A stretch of 57,488 nt of DNA from Eubacteriales bacterium (lineage in GTDB: Bacteria > Bacillota > Clostridia > Oscillospirales > CAG-272). Below the pieces are notes generated by a model, which ran no database searches, had not been told where the DNA came from, and saw nothing but the letters and a program-made list of their open reading frames with translations. Positions 47,343 to 57,488 of this stretch are shown piece after piece; position 1 is the first letter of the stretch, and the number at the start of each line of letters is the position of its first letter. The position numbers and the translations under genes were made by a program. The stretch lies in NCBI GenBank assembly GCA_045532975.1, contig JAZSGX010000005.1, forward strand, positions 1 to 57,488. Reading direction: 5' to 3'.

Positions 47343-49682
47343 TTATTTTACATTAACTGTAACCTTGTGTGTCTTACCGTCAGCAAAGGATGGAACGATA
47401 TTGCCGTCAATTGCCGCGCCATCAACTGTCACAGAAACAGAAACGTCCTTATATTTCTTTGAAGGATTGTTGATTTCAATTTCGTAGGTTGCACCGCGGA
47501 ATTCACGCTTCATTGAAGCCTTATCAAATGGAAGATGTGGCTCAATTACAAGTCCCTCGTAGGTTGGACGTGCGCCAACAAGATAGTTTTCCATTGTATT
47601 TGTATACCAAGCAACAGAGCCTGTAATCCAGCTATATTCCATTTGGAATGCGCTGTTCTTATGCTCAGGACCAAAGTAGCAGTTGGAGAACATATATGGG
47701 AGACACTTGTTCTTAATCTCGGCATTGTCGCCGAACACATAGCCCGGAGCAATCTTCTTAAAGAGGTCGTATGCCAAGTCTGCCTTACCGTACTTCAAAA
47801 GGCCGAGAATCATCCAGATGTTTGTATGTGAGTAGATTGTACCGTTTTCGCAAATACCCGGCTCCATTGAGGAAATTCTACCAATGGTTGGGTCGAACTC
47901 CTTAAATGAAGGTGTAAGCAGCATATAACCAACAGGAGTTGCCATGTGCTCATCCATAGCCTTAATAATTGTATTTGCTCTTTCCTCAGAGGCAACACCG
48001 GAAACCAAGCTCCAGCACTGAGATTCCATAAACATCTTAGCGTATTTATTCTCTTTAGAGCCAAGAGGTGAACCGTTGTCTGTATAGCAACGTCTGTACC
48101 AATCTCCATCCCAAGCATTGTCGTTAATTGCCTTTGAAATACTCTCACGGCGTGCAAGATAGTTAGCCTCCTTGTCCTTCAAGCCAAGGAAACGTGCAAG
48201 CTCTGCCATTTCAAGAAGCGCCTGTGCATAAGCGATTGAAAGCCATACGCTCTCGCCCTTACCCTCTTTACCAACGCCTGTCAAGGAGTCATTCCAGTCA
48301 CCGAACTTGATAAGCAAGAGGTCGTGTACACCCTTGTTGGACTCAAGGAAGTCAAGAGCTCTGTCCATATGACCGAATACAGTTGCCTCTCCCTCGTCAC
48401 GGAAAGGAACAACCTCGTTCAAGAACTCAACGTCGCAGGTTTCACGAAGGTATGCGGTTAAAGTAAATTCAAGCCACAATGCAGAGTCGGAATATGCCTT
48501 TGTGTCAACAGGGTTCCAACCGCGAACAGCCATACCGCTTGCGTACTGGTTCTTAATAGCCTCTCTTAAAATTTCCTTTGTTCTTTCGTTCTTGAAGGAA
48601 ACAACGCCAAAGCCGTGTTGAACAATATCACGGTAGCCGTTATAACCCCAACGGCACCAGGTAGCGCCGAAGTTTGTTGCGTGCTTGCCCCAGAAGTTGA
48701 TTAAGCGGTCGAGATGCTCGTCACTTGTGGTGATGTGGTTCTTGGAGTACAAGTCCTTATAATATTTCTTTGTTTCTTCAAAATACTTGTCTTGGTTTGT
48801 AAGATACTTTTCTGTCAAGCCAAGGGAAACATCCTCGCAGTCGCCTGCACCAAGCATCAAATTAATTGTCTGTTCAGCTCCTGCCTCAAGCTCAACATCG
48901 AAACGGAGTGAGCAAATTGTAGCGTTTGCAGAACCGATAGAGTTACGGCTAACGCCCTCTCGTACAACCTGTGGAGATGCGATAGTACCGTACTCGCCAA
49001 CGAACACGTTTTGGCAGCCCTCTGTTGCGCTAATCTTGTAGTCAGCGGACATGAATGCTGTCAAATAGTTGTGTGGAACAATAAATGGGTGCTTGGACAT
49101 ATAGAAGGTATTTCTTCCCTCGTCAAAGCGTGTGCAACGGAACATAGTGTCACCGTAGCTATCAAAGCCCCATTTGAACTTGAACTGAATCTGGCTATAT
49201 GTAAATATGGAATAGGAACGCTTACCCTTACCCTCGTTCTTAATGCCAAGCTTCCAAATTTCAACAGGGTCAGAGCCTGTTGGAACAAAGATACGCATTG
49301 ATGCAAGAGTATCACAGGTCTTGTTTTCAACGTAGGTGTAGCCTAAGCCCTGTACACACTTATAGCTTTGGTATGGGTGGCAAACAGGCTCCCAGTTAAG
49401 GGTCCAGAACTCGCCTGTTTCGTTGTCGCGAATAAATATAAGTCTGTTGTAAAGGTGGTCCTTACCGAAAACGTCGTAGTCACAGATACGACCAACGCCT
49501 GTGTAAAGCTGAATACCCTCTGTGCCGTTGATTTGATAGTCAAAGCAACCGATACCCGTTTGATGTACGTTTGCGTAGCAAGCGTCGTTAAACAAGAAGT
49601 TGTCAAATGGGCGGGGTGTATTTGGAGCTGTAATTACAAACTCATCTCCGCTTTCGTTAAAATAACCGTACTTGTATTCCAT
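47343..49682 (-). CDS. GH94 glycoside phosphorylase (cellobiose phosphorylase-like)
   Basis: YGYF...EFVIT.P.TP.P, GYRD..Q, GDWND, GESVW, ENG..YSH, SW.TG...W. Confidence 0.9.
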   Translation of the reverse strand: MEYKYGYFNESGDEFVITAPNTPRPFDNFLFNDACYANVHQTGIGCFDYQINGTEGIQLYTGVGRICDYDVFGKDHLYNRLIFIRDNETGEFWTLNWEPVCHPYQSYKCVQGLGYTYVENKTCDTLASMRIFVPTGSDPVEIWKLGIKNEGKGKRSYSIFTYSQIQFKFKWGFDSYGDTMFRCTRFDEGRNTFYMSKHPFIVPHNYLTAFMSADYKISATEGCQNVFVGEYGTIASPQVVREGVSRNSIGSANATICSLRFDVELEAGAEQTINLMLGAGDCEDVSLGLTEKYLTNQDKYFEETKKYYKDLYSKNHITTSDEHLDRLINFWGKHATNFGATWCRWGYNGYRDIVQHGFGVVSFKNERTKEILREAIKNQYASGMAVRGWNPVDTKAYSDSALWLEFTLTAYLRETCDVEFLNEVVPFRDEGEATVFGHMDRALDFLESNKGVHDLLLIKFGDWNDSLTGVGKEGKGESVWLSIAYAQALLEMAELARFLGLKDKEANYLARRESISKAINDNAWDGDWYRRCYTDNGSPLGSKENKYAKMFMESQCWSLVSGVASEERANTIIKAMDEHMATPVGYMLLTPSFKEFDPTIGRISSMEPGICENGTIYSHTNIWMILGLLKYGKADLAYDLFKKIAPGYVFGDNAEIKNKCLPYMFSNCYFGPEHKNSAFQMEYSWITGSVAWYTNTMENYLVGARPTYEGLVIEPHLPFDKASMKREFRGATYEIEINNPSKKYKDVSVSVTVDGAAIDGNIVPSFADGKTHKVTVNVK

Positions 49683-49768
49683 ATTTTAAGTCCTCACTTT
49701 TATGTTTTTGAGGGAAAAGCCCCTACTCTTTATTTTATCATAGCTTTTTAAATTCTTCAATAGTATTT

Positions 49769-51517
49769 TTAATCAATATTAACTTCTTCTCCGTTTATAA
49801 GCTTTTGGAAGTTTTCTCTTAAAATTTCGATATGGCTCATTGTAACATTGAAGCTGATTTGCGGCTCCTCATCCCAAATGATAGCGCCACCGTCCATGTG
49901 ACCCTCTTGGGTAACCGCCATTACGTCAACGCTTTTGCCGATTTGATAATAGGTGTATTTGAACACCTTATCGTCATGTCGTCTTGCCACAAGCTCAAAC
50001 ACAATAGCTGAGTCATCCGCCATTAAAGCGTCTATCTCATCCTTTGTCATATTGTTAAACTCGGAAGGAGCCGGCAAACGAATGAGCAGTGTGTAGAAGT
50101 TAACGAATTGGTTAACGGTGTCTATAGTTGGATACTTTGTTCCGTTTGATACCTGAGTGGCAACGGTGCTACCGTTATCGTCCTCGCTGATAGTAAAGCG
50201 CTCATCTACATTGTAGGTGATTTTGCCCGTTGCGTCATCCTTTTTCTGAATTCTTATATCAATCTGATACATACCGGGCTGATCCTCGGTTTTCTTTAAA
50301 TACTCATAGAAAAGCGACGAAATATCAGTGCCCGCCCACTCGAAGATAGCCTCATCATTTCTTCCGAGGAAGGAAAGCGTTCCCTTAGGTACTCTTACAA
50401 GCATAGCGTTATTGTCACCATAAACGTTTGAAAGTGTGTAATAATAACCGTCAATCAAATCGCTGATATACATAGAGTACATATCATCCTGCTTGCTTGA
50501 AAGCTGTGCTGTTATAAAATAGCAAGCATCCTTCTCGCTAAGACCGTACTTATCAAGGGTTTCACTGTCGGGGTTGAGACAAACAACCTTGTCGCCTGCA
50601 AAATAAGTAAACAAAGCACCGAATGCTGTGTTTAACCGAGTTGCGTTAGCTCCCGTCCTTGTGATTTTACCACTGCCCCTACTCTTATAGTAAAGGTCGT
50701 ACATATTGGTGGTACCGTCTATGTTTTGTCCCGCCTTTACAAGCTCCACAAGACTTTCGATATAATCACTCTGCCCCAGTTTCTCTGGATTGGAAAAGCC
50801 TATTTTGAATCTTTCGACCTTGGTCATTGCCACAAGGGCACTTTCGTACTTACCGAAAATAAACGGGCTAAGATAATTCTCAACTCCCACAAGCATACAG
50901 GTTTCTACACCCTCTTGGTGGAAGCGATAAACCGCATTTCTTCCCTTCAAGGCAACAAAATATGTTGTTTCCTGTGTAAAGGTGGGGTTACCTATATAAA
51001 TCGTGTGGTATTTTGTTACTCCGTTTTCAACGTAGCCAACGGTGTAGGATGCCTGGCAGGTATCCTCCGTAACACCGTATTCCTTCATTTTTTCAACTGA
51101 AACATCACGCATAGGCGCGTTTACCTCTGTGTTGGACTGGTAGGAAACAGGCAGGTAAACGTAGGCTATGAGCATTGCGTAAAGGCTTTCGTCATAGTTG
51201 ATAGCCTCGTGCCCCTTTATTCGCATTTCACGTCTGCCCGTTGCGTCGTTATAGTCCATATGGAAGGCAAAGGTTCCGTTTTTGTTCTTAATTTCAAGAT
51301 ATTCAATCTTAGATTTGTCAAGCTGAGGGTACACCGTTATCATAGTATCCATATACAAGCCCTCGCCCTCGATAATTTCGGGTGGCTCAACGCCAGACTC
51401 AGCGTCAGGCTCAGTCAGTGGCATTATAACGAAGAAATAGACGCATATAAGTGCTACCAAAATAGCGGCAAGAACGGAGATTGTTATAATTTTCTTCTTT
51501 TGCTCCGAGCTTCTCAT
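49769..51517 (-). CDS. Membrane-anchored ABC-associated protein (DUF4340-like position)
   Basis: N-terminal TM; EYGV and KYGL motifs; last gene of the Gld-like ABC operon. Confidence 0.65.
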   Translation of the reverse strand: MRSSEQKKKIITISVLAAILVALICVYFFVIMPLTEPDAESGVEPPEIIEGEGLYMDTMITVYPQLDKSKIEYLEIKNKNGTFAFHMDYNDATGRREMRIKGHEAINYDESLYAMLIAYVYLPVSYQSNTEVNAPMRDVSVEKMKEYGVTEDTCQASYTVGYVENGVTKYHTIYIGNPTFTQETTYFVALKGRNAVYRFHQEGVETCMLVGVENYLSPFIFGKYESALVAMTKVERFKIGFSNPEKLGQSDYIESLVELVKAGQNIDGTTNMYDLYYKSRGSGKITRTGANATRLNTAFGALFTYFAGDKVVCLNPDSETLDKYGLSEKDACYFITAQLSSKQDDMYSMYISDLIDGYYYTLSNVYGDNNAMLVRVPKGTLSFLGRNDEAIFEWAGTDISSLFYEYLKKTEDQPGMYQIDIRIQKKDDATGKITYNVDERFTISEDDNGSTVATQVSNGTKYPTIDTVNQFVNFYTLLIRLPAPSEFNNMTKDEIDALMADDSAIVFELVARRHDDKVFKYTYYQIGKSVDVMAVTQEGHMDGGAIIWDEEPQISFNVTMSHIEILRENFQKLINGEEVNID

Positions 51518-53208
51518 CTATGCTTTCTCCTTACAATAATAACTATGCCTGTACCAATTACCAAAATAGGCAAAATTGTGATTAAACAAACAAACACAGT
51601 GGTTGCTTGGCTTGAGGAAATATCAAGCTGATAGTTGGCAAACTCCTTAAAGTCAAGGTCAACAGGCACGTTTGCAGAGGTTGTCGAGTGGATAAGCGCC
51701 AACAAAATGTCCTCGTTTGCATACATAGAGTTTGACAAATACTCGTCAGATGCGAAATTAATGCTTGGGCAAACCATAAAGTATGACTGCACAGGTTGGT
51801 TGTTGTACATTGTTGTCAAGGCAGTTACGCTAAGCACGTTATATGTGCCCTTTGCTCCGTCAAAATACGCGTTTGTGTCCGTCTGTATAATCGGCTGTGT
51901 TACTCTGTCCGCCAAAACGTCACTTACCGCCTCGTCGCTCATAAACTTCTCATCAATCTTCAAAATACCGCTATCCTTTAGCATAGGCCTTTTCGAGCCA
52001 AAGCCCTGAAGGGCGCTCAAATATACCTCTGCCGCCTTGGTGTTTGGAATTATGCCCTTGAAGTCGTAAAGCTGACCTTGAGTAACCGTATCCTTATGTG
52101 TAACGTAGTCACCGCCAACCATGGTAACTCCTGTTTCCTGCTTTACAAACTTGCTTAAATTGTCAAGGGGGTCGGCAGACTTAGGGTTAGCAAAGCACAT
52201 AAGCGTTCCTCTTTTGGAAACCAGGTAGTCACTAAGCTTGGAAAGCTCGTTTGCACCGTAATCGCTCTTTGGATCGTTTATAATAATTGCTCTTGCATCA
52301 GAGGGAATAGTTCTCTTTTCATTAAACAAGCCCTCATCCTCTTTGGGATTATACCTTGTACCACATTCGCACATAAAATCCGTAAGCTCACCAATTTCCT
52401 TTTTGCCCCAGCTCTCTCCACAGCCCTGTGTTTTGCAAGTAAACTGCATTTCCTCGTCATCTAAGAAAATCTGGCGAACTCTGAAGCCGCAGTCAATAAA
52501 TACGCGTGCAAGCTCAGGCACGTTATAGTTTCCGTCAACGCTGGAATAAGGAACGTTTTCACCGTGTCCCCAAACGAAATAAACCGTTGGAGCCTTATCA
52601 TATGACAGGCTTGTAATAGCGGTTGCAAAGGTACGCTCTCCGCTATAACCGTGAAGCTGATTTGAACCGTCGGGATTTGTCGTAAAGGTATAGAAGCTTG
52701 TTGCGTGATAGGTTCTGTACATTGTACCGTAGTTTCCGTTTGCATCGCGACGGGCAATAATAACAGATGCCTCACTCGGCTTTAGCTGACCTGCCGCCTG
52801 GCTGAACTGGTCAATAAACGCGTGGTCCTTAATTGGGTCCTTGTAAAGCACCGTTACGTTATCAAGGCGGTCCGCGATTTGGGTTGCGGTTGAGTGTATG
52901 TACGCCATAGCACTGCCTGTGCCCGTTGCGGCATCGGTATAGTTACCCTCTGCCTCATCCTTATCGCAGCAAAAAATGATATCAATGGGCGCGTCATTGC
53001 TCACCTCGTCCAAAAGAGCAATAAGCTCGTCAGACACGGAATATAGCTCCTCCTCGGTCATATCAAGATACCAACCGAAGGTGCTGCCAAGAATAGACAC
53101 AATGGAATTTATTGTAATAATTATTGCAACAACGATAGCAACAAATATAAGGTTTAGTGTGCTATGCTTTAATTTTCTTGATTGTGTAAGGGATTTTAAG
53201 TTTTTCAT
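51514..53208 (-). CDS. GldG-like ABC transporter auxiliary component
   Basis: N- and C-terminal TMs, DMTEEELYSVS, VYFVWGHGE, PKSDY..E, terminal G......RR. Confidence 0.78.
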   Translation of the reverse strand: MKNLKSLTQSRKLKHSTLNLIFVAIVVAIIITINSIVSILGSTFGWYLDMTEEELYSVSDELIALLDEVSNDAPIDIIFCCDKDEAEGNYTDAATGTGSAMAYIHSTATQIADRLDNVTVLYKDPIKDHAFIDQFSQAAGQLKPSEASVIIARRDANGNYGTMYRTYHATSFYTFTTNPDGSNQLHGYSGERTFATAITSLSYDKAPTVYFVWGHGENVPYSSVDGNYNVPELARVFIDCGFRVRQIFLDDEEMQFTCKTQGCGESWGKKEIGELTDFMCECGTRYNPKEDEGLFNEKRTIPSDARAIIINDPKSDYGANELSKLSDYLVSKRGTLMCFANPKSADPLDNLSKFVKQETGVTMVGGDYVTHKDTVTQGQLYDFKGIIPNTKAAEVYLSALQGFGSKRPMLKDSGILKIDEKFMSDEAVSDVLADRVTQPIIQTDTNAYFDGAKGTYNVLSVTALTTMYNNQPVQSYFMVCPSINFASDEYLSNSMYANEDILLALIHSTTSANVPVDLDFKEFANYQLDISSSQATTVFVCLITILPILVIGTGIVIIVRRKHR

Positions 53209-53222
53209 CCGTTTTTCCTCCC

Positions 53223-53939
53223 TTATCTGTATTTGCGCGACTCAAATACGCGCACCGTCAAAAATACGAACACGCCGGCTACCGAAATATAGTAAATCAA
53301 GGCGCTTATATCAAAAATGCCATATGTAAAGGCTTGGTATCTTGTGTAAATTGAAAGCCAGTCAAGTACAACTCTGATAAAGTACACCTCAATAACCGAG
53401 CTAAACAGACTGATTGCAAACATGCCAAGCAAAATAACGATTGTGATAACTATTGCCGCAAACTGGTTTTCCGTCAACGAGGACACAAAAACACCAATAG
53501 CAATAATGCACATGCCAACAAGCAAAAGAGCGATTATGTTACCGAAAACCAACGCCATATTAAAGCTGGAGCCCTCGGGAATAAATGCGCCTATGGGAAT
53601 CATAAACACAAGAGATAAAGCTAAGAAAATAACAAGCATTGTAAATGAGGACAAAAACTTGCCAAGAACCATTTGTGTAGTTGATACGGGAGCGGTTAAA
53701 AGTAACTGCTCCGTTTTTGTTCTCTTTTCGTCGCTGAACGCCTTCATTGTAAGAATAGGCAAAAATATCATCAGCACAAATATCAAGCCCGCAAAATACA
53801 CTGATGTATCTGAGCTTTCCGAGAAAACCGTGGAGATGGAGAAAATCGCTGCTGAAATAACGAGGGCGCAAGCTAAAAATATGTAACCGATAGAGGTTGT
53901 AAAATAGCTTCGCATTTCTCGCTTGTAAATAGCTAACAT
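53223..53939 (-). CDS. GldF-like ABC-2 permease
   Basis: IYKREMRSYF, P.LTM..F.DEK...T.QLLLTAPV, LGKF, SSLTENQ; about six TMs. Confidence 0.88.
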   Translation of the reverse strand: MLAIYKREMRSYFTTSIGYIFLACALVISAAIFSISTVFSESSDTSVYFAGLIFVLMIFLPILTMKAFSDEKRTKTEQLLLTAPVSTTQMVLGKFLSSFTMLVIFLALSLVFMIPIGAFIPEGSSFNMALVFGNIIALLLVGMCIIAIGVFVSSLTENQFAAIVITIVILLGMFAISLFSSVIEVYFIRVVLDWLSIYTRYQAFTYGIFDISALIYYISVAGVFVFLTVRVFESRKYR

Positions 53940-54889
53940 TATCTTTTCTCCTTTCCTTCTGCGCCTTGAACGAGCTTAACGAATACGTCCTCAAGCTCTG
54001 CCTCAACGTTTTCCATACCCATCATAGGCCAGCCGTGCTTTGCCAAGGCGTTGAATATAATTTTTCTTACGTCAATAGACGGGTTGGTTTCCAAAAGATA
54101 GCTGTAGGTATCACCCTCACGGATACCGTCGCTATCGACTCTTAAGATACCTTGAAGGTCTCTTAGCATATTAAGCACCTCACGGTTAGGACCAGCAACC
54201 TTAATTTTAATTTTTGCGCTTTGTCCCACAACGCGGGTTAAATCCGCTGTCTTTTCGTCGGCAATTATCTTACCGTCATTTATAATAATAACTCTGTCGC
54301 AAATTGACTGTACCTCAGGCAAAATGTGGGTTGACAAAATAACCGTGTGCTTTTTGCCAAGGCTACGGATTAGGTTTCTTACCTCGATAATTTGCACAGG
54401 GTCAAGCCCAACCGTGGGCTCGTCAAAAATAATGAACTTAGGGTTGCCGATTATTGCTTGGGCAATACCCACTCTTTGGCGGTAACCCTTTGAAAGGTTT
54501 TTGATAAGACGGTTTTTAACGTCGGCAATCTTTACCTTTTCCATTACCTCTTTTAAATGCTCGCGCTTATTAAAGTCACAGCCCTTCAGCTCGAAAACAA
54601 AGGAAAGGTACTCGTAAACGGTCATATCTATGTAAAGTGGCGGTTGCTCAGGCAAAAAACCTATCTGCTTTTTTACTGCCAATGGCTCGTTGAAAATGTC
54701 CTTGCCCCCAACAGTTACCGTACCGCTTGTGGCAGAAAGATAGCCTGTAATTATATTCATAGTAGTGGATTTGCCCGCACCGTTAGGACCAAGGAAGCCA
54801 ACAACCTCCCCCTCCTTAATGGTAAAGGAAATATCATCCACCGCATTTTTACTACCGTAGTTTTTAACAAGGTTTTTAATTTCTACCAT
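53939..54889 (-). CDS. GldA-like ABC transporter ATP-binding protein
   Basis: GPNGAGKST, LSKGYRQR, FDEPT.GLDP, STH; start moved to ATG 54889. Confidence 0.93.
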   Translation of the reverse strand: MVEIKNLVKNYGSKNAVDDISFTIKEGEVVGFLGPNGAGKSTTMNIITGYLSATSGTVTVGGKDIFNEPLAVKKQIGFLPEQPPLYIDMTVYEYLSFVFELKGCDFNKREHLKEVMEKVKIADVKNRLIKNLSKGYRQRVGIAQAIIGNPKFIIFDEPTVGLDPVQIIEVRNLIRSLGKKHTVILSTHILPEVQSICDRVIIINDGKIIADEKTADLTRVVGQSAKIKIKVAGPNREVLNMLRDLQGILRVDSDGIREGDTYSYLLETNPSIDVRKIIFNALAKHGWPMMGMENVEAELEDVFVKLVQGAEGKEKR

Positions 54890-54955
54890 TGTATAACTCC
54901 TTTTTCGCACGTCAACACAATTTTGTATTTGTATCGCGAGCATATTATTCTTACC

Positions 54956-54978
54956 GTAGGGGAGGGTCTGCCCTCCCG
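54956..54978 (+). repeat. REP-like palindrome (GTAG class)
   Basis: GTAG-GGGAGGG-TCTG-CCCTCCC-G. Confidence 0.7.
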
Positions 54979-55170
54979 CGCTTTTGTATTTATTTCACGC
55001 GCATATTATTACAAAATAAAGTATACCATACAAAAAGCCATATTTCAACACAAAATTTTTGGAAAAGATATTTTTCATCTGTCCCTCACAGGAAAAACAC
55101 CGCTAATTGTCTTGATATTAAAAGTAAAATATGGTAAATTATAACTAAGAACAGACAAAGGAGATACATT

Positions 55171-57168
55171 ATGTCAAAATCTTATTGGATATGGCACCCA
55201 GGTGCTTTTGAATTATATCACAGTATGCTACTCCACAACAGGCGAACAAGCGCGCATACGGGACAAAGCGGAAGGAAAAGCGCTTACTACCCACCTATGT
55301 GGCGCGTTGACGGTCCTTGCCACAATGGGGAGCTGACTAAAACTGCCACCATAAACAGCGACGAGGTTATAGAGTTTTTGGCAAACACCCCCGATGCGTC
55401 AATTTCCGTCGATGGCAAAAAATACCCCGTTGGCTCAAAAATTACTCTTACCAAGGGTAAGCATACCGTTATACTAATGGGCTACAAGGGGGAGTCTTTC
55501 CCTGCATTTTACATAAAGGGTAACGTGTTTAACACAGACAGAACGTGGCTCACCTACAACGAAAACAATCAGCCGCGCCGCCACGCAGGATGGAGCGAGC
55601 TATACACTGACCCTGCCGATAACGTGGAAATTTTCAAGTTCAAATACGAAAGAATGTCCCCTGTGTCTGTAAAAAATGTGAATGGCGGTATTCTTTACGA
55701 TTTCGGCAAGGAATGTTTTGGAAAGGTTATAATTGAAAACGCGTCAAGAGGTGAATACTTTTTGAGCTTGGGAGAGAGCTACGAGGAAGCTACCGACTAT
55801 AATTTTTGCGAGTTGTGTATAAACGCAAGCATAAAGGACGGGAATTACACATCCGCACCTATGGCATTAAGATACATTTTCGTGCCAAATTCAGACACTC
55901 CCCTTGATATTTCTCTCGATTTTGAATATTTACCTTTTGATACGAAAGCGTCCTTTGAGTGTGACAACGAGCTTATCAACCGCTTGTGGAAAACCTGCGA
56001 ATACACAATGCTTTTAAACTCCCGTGAGGGCTTTTTCGACGGAATTAAGCGTGACCGCTGGGTGTGGAGCGGAGATGCTTATCAAAGCTATTTTGTCAAC
56101 TATTACCTTGCCTTTGACAAGGAAATTGTAAAGCGTACAATCCGTATACTCCGTGGGGCTGAGCCTACATACAAGCACATAAACACTATTTCCGACTACA
56201 CCTTCTATTGGCTGTGTAGTATTTGGGATTACTATTTCTACACAGGGGACAAGGAGTTTGTTTGCGACGTTTACCCTGATATGATGGAAATTCTGTCCTT
56301 TGTGGAAGGAAGATTAACTCCTGACGGAATGTTTGACCGTAAACCAGACGACTGGGTGTTTATGGATTGGTCCACCTTTGACCCCGCAGGTCCTATGTGT
56401 GCAGAGCAAATGGTGCTTTGCAAGGCTTACCAAAGCATTTCCAGGTGCGCAAAATTAGTGGGAGACAACGACACCGCGTCTCGCACAGAAAAGCATGCAA
56501 GCTACATTAATGAGCAAATCAACACTCTATACTGGTGCGAGGAAAAGGGCGCGTTTGTTGACGATTATAAGTCAGGCAGGCAAAACGTAACCCGCCACGC
56601 AAATATTTTTGCTATTCTCTTTGATTTGACAACAGAAAAGCGCAAGGAAAGCATTGTGAAGAACGTTATTTACAACAAGGAAATAACACCTATAACCACA
56701 CCGTATTTTGAATTTTACGAGCTTGACGCTATGTGCCACATAGGAGATTTTGAGTATATGACAAATATGCTGAATAGCTATTGGGGCGGTATGCTCCGCT
56801 TGGGCGCAACCACCATTTGGGAGGAGTTCGACCCTACAAAGAGCGGTATTGAGCATTACGAAATGTACGGTGGCAAATACGAAAAGAGCCTTTGCCATGC
56901 TTGGGGTGCGTCCCCTATTTATCTCCTTGGTAAATACGCCTTGGGCGTTTACCCAACAGATGTTGGCTATTCAAAATTTGAGGTTAAGCCGAATTTAATG
57001 TGCTTCAAGCATTTTTGTGGCACTGTGCCAACGCCAGATGGCACCGTAACCGTTAAAATGGACAAAAATCAAGTATCTGTTTTCTCAGAGATTGAGGGCG
57101 GCACGCTTATTTTGGGAGAGAAAAAAATCCTCATCCCTAAGGGAGAGGATTTAACAATCACAATATAA
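55171..57168 (+). CDS. Alpha-L-rhamnosidase family (GH78) glycoside hydrolase
   Basis: YDFGKE.FG, DGIKRDRWVWSGD, GATTIWE, SLCHAWG. Confidence 0.88.
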   Translation: MSKSYWIWHPGAFELYHSMLLHNRRTSAHTGQSGRKSAYYPPMWRVDGPCHNGELTKTATINSDEVIEFLANTPDASISVDGKKYPVGSKITLTKGKHTVILMGYKGESFPAFYIKGNVFNTDRTWLTYNENNQPRRHAGWSELYTDPADNVEIFKFKYERMSPVSVKNVNGGILYDFGKECFGKVIIENASRGEYFLSLGESYEEATDYNFCELCINASIKDGNYTSAPMALRYIFVPNSDTPLDISLDFEYLPFDTKASFECDNELINRLWKTCEYTMLLNSREGFFDGIKRDRWVWSGDAYQSYFVNYYLAFDKEIVKRTIRILRGAEPTYKHINTISDYTFYWLCSIWDYYFYTGDKEFVCDVYPDMMEILSFVEGRLTPDGMFDRKPDDWVFMDWSTFDPAGPMCAEQMVLCKAYQSISRCAKLVGDNDTASRTEKHASYINEQINTLYWCEEKGAFVDDYKSGRQNVTRHANIFAILFDLTTEKRKESIVKNVIYNKEITPITTPYFEFYELDAMCHIGDFEYMTNMLNSYWGGMLRLGATTIWEEFDPTKSGIEHYEMYGGKYEKSLCHAWGASPIYLLGKYALGVYPTDVGYSKFEVKPNLMCFKHFCGTVPTPDGTVTVKMDKNQVSVFSEIEGGTLILGEKKILIPKGEDLTITI

Positions 57169-57197
57169 AACAAAGGCTGGAAATCCAGCCTTTTGTT

Positions 57198-57488
57198 TTA
57201 TCTCATTTTCTTTAATTTAAGCGCAACTTTTACCTTTTCAACAATACCCTTTGCATTAAGGTCAAAGTATTCAAGAAGGTCCTTACCTGCGCCGCTCTTA
57301 CCGAACTTGTCAGGCACACCGTGCTTAACAACAGGAACAGGACAAACCTCGGAAAGTGCCTCAGCAACCGCACCGCCAAGACCACCAAAAACGTTGTGCT
57401 CCTCGGTAGTAACGATAGCGCCTGTCTGCTGTGCCTCAGCAAGCAAAAGCGCTGTATCAAGAGGCTTAATTGTATGAATATTGATAAC
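57198..57488 (-). CDS. Transketolase C-terminal subunit, 3' part; starts beyond the window
   Basis: HTIKPLD, EEHN..GGLGGAVAE, GVPDKFGKSG. Confidence 0.88.
   Translation of the reverse strand, partial: VINIHTIKPLDTALLLAEAQQTGAIVTTEEHNVFGGLGGAVAEALSEVCPVPVVKHGVPDKFGKSGAGKDLLEYFDLNAKGIVEKVKVALKLKKMR

Overview
Chromosomal housekeeping and accessory region of a Firmicute, probably an uncultured Clostridia-type anaerobe (inferred from gene content and AGGAG/TTGACA-TATAAT signals). It holds NAD metabolism (partial nadE, pncB, nadABC-niaR), ymdB-galK-MBL hydrolase-rsmG, citrate synthase, two paralogous secreted Cys-rich proteins, tRNA-Thr and tRNA-Tyr, a metal cluster (MntR/DtxR, CopA, feoA-feoB), an EF-G paralog, glyA-fur-secG-rnr, ppdK, an IS200-type tnpA element, a BspA-like LRR lipoprotein, GH29/GH94/GH78 CAZymes and a Gld-like ABC operon. 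I saw no CRISPR array, prophage or recognisable defence system. The most unusual signals are: (1) three ~190-216 bp structured repeats right after tRNA-Tyr, each carrying an antisense copy of the tRNA 3' end; (2) several ~200-270 nt intergenic fold-back elements, two of which share an architecture and a CGTAC-N3/4-GTACGCCT side loop; (3) a membrane-anchored 721-aa protein ending in a ribosomal uL15-like domain; (4) a C-terminal domain shared by two secreted paralogs; (5) a NadE whose glutaminase catalytic Cys appears lost. All family assignments come from motif recognition by eye, not database searches.
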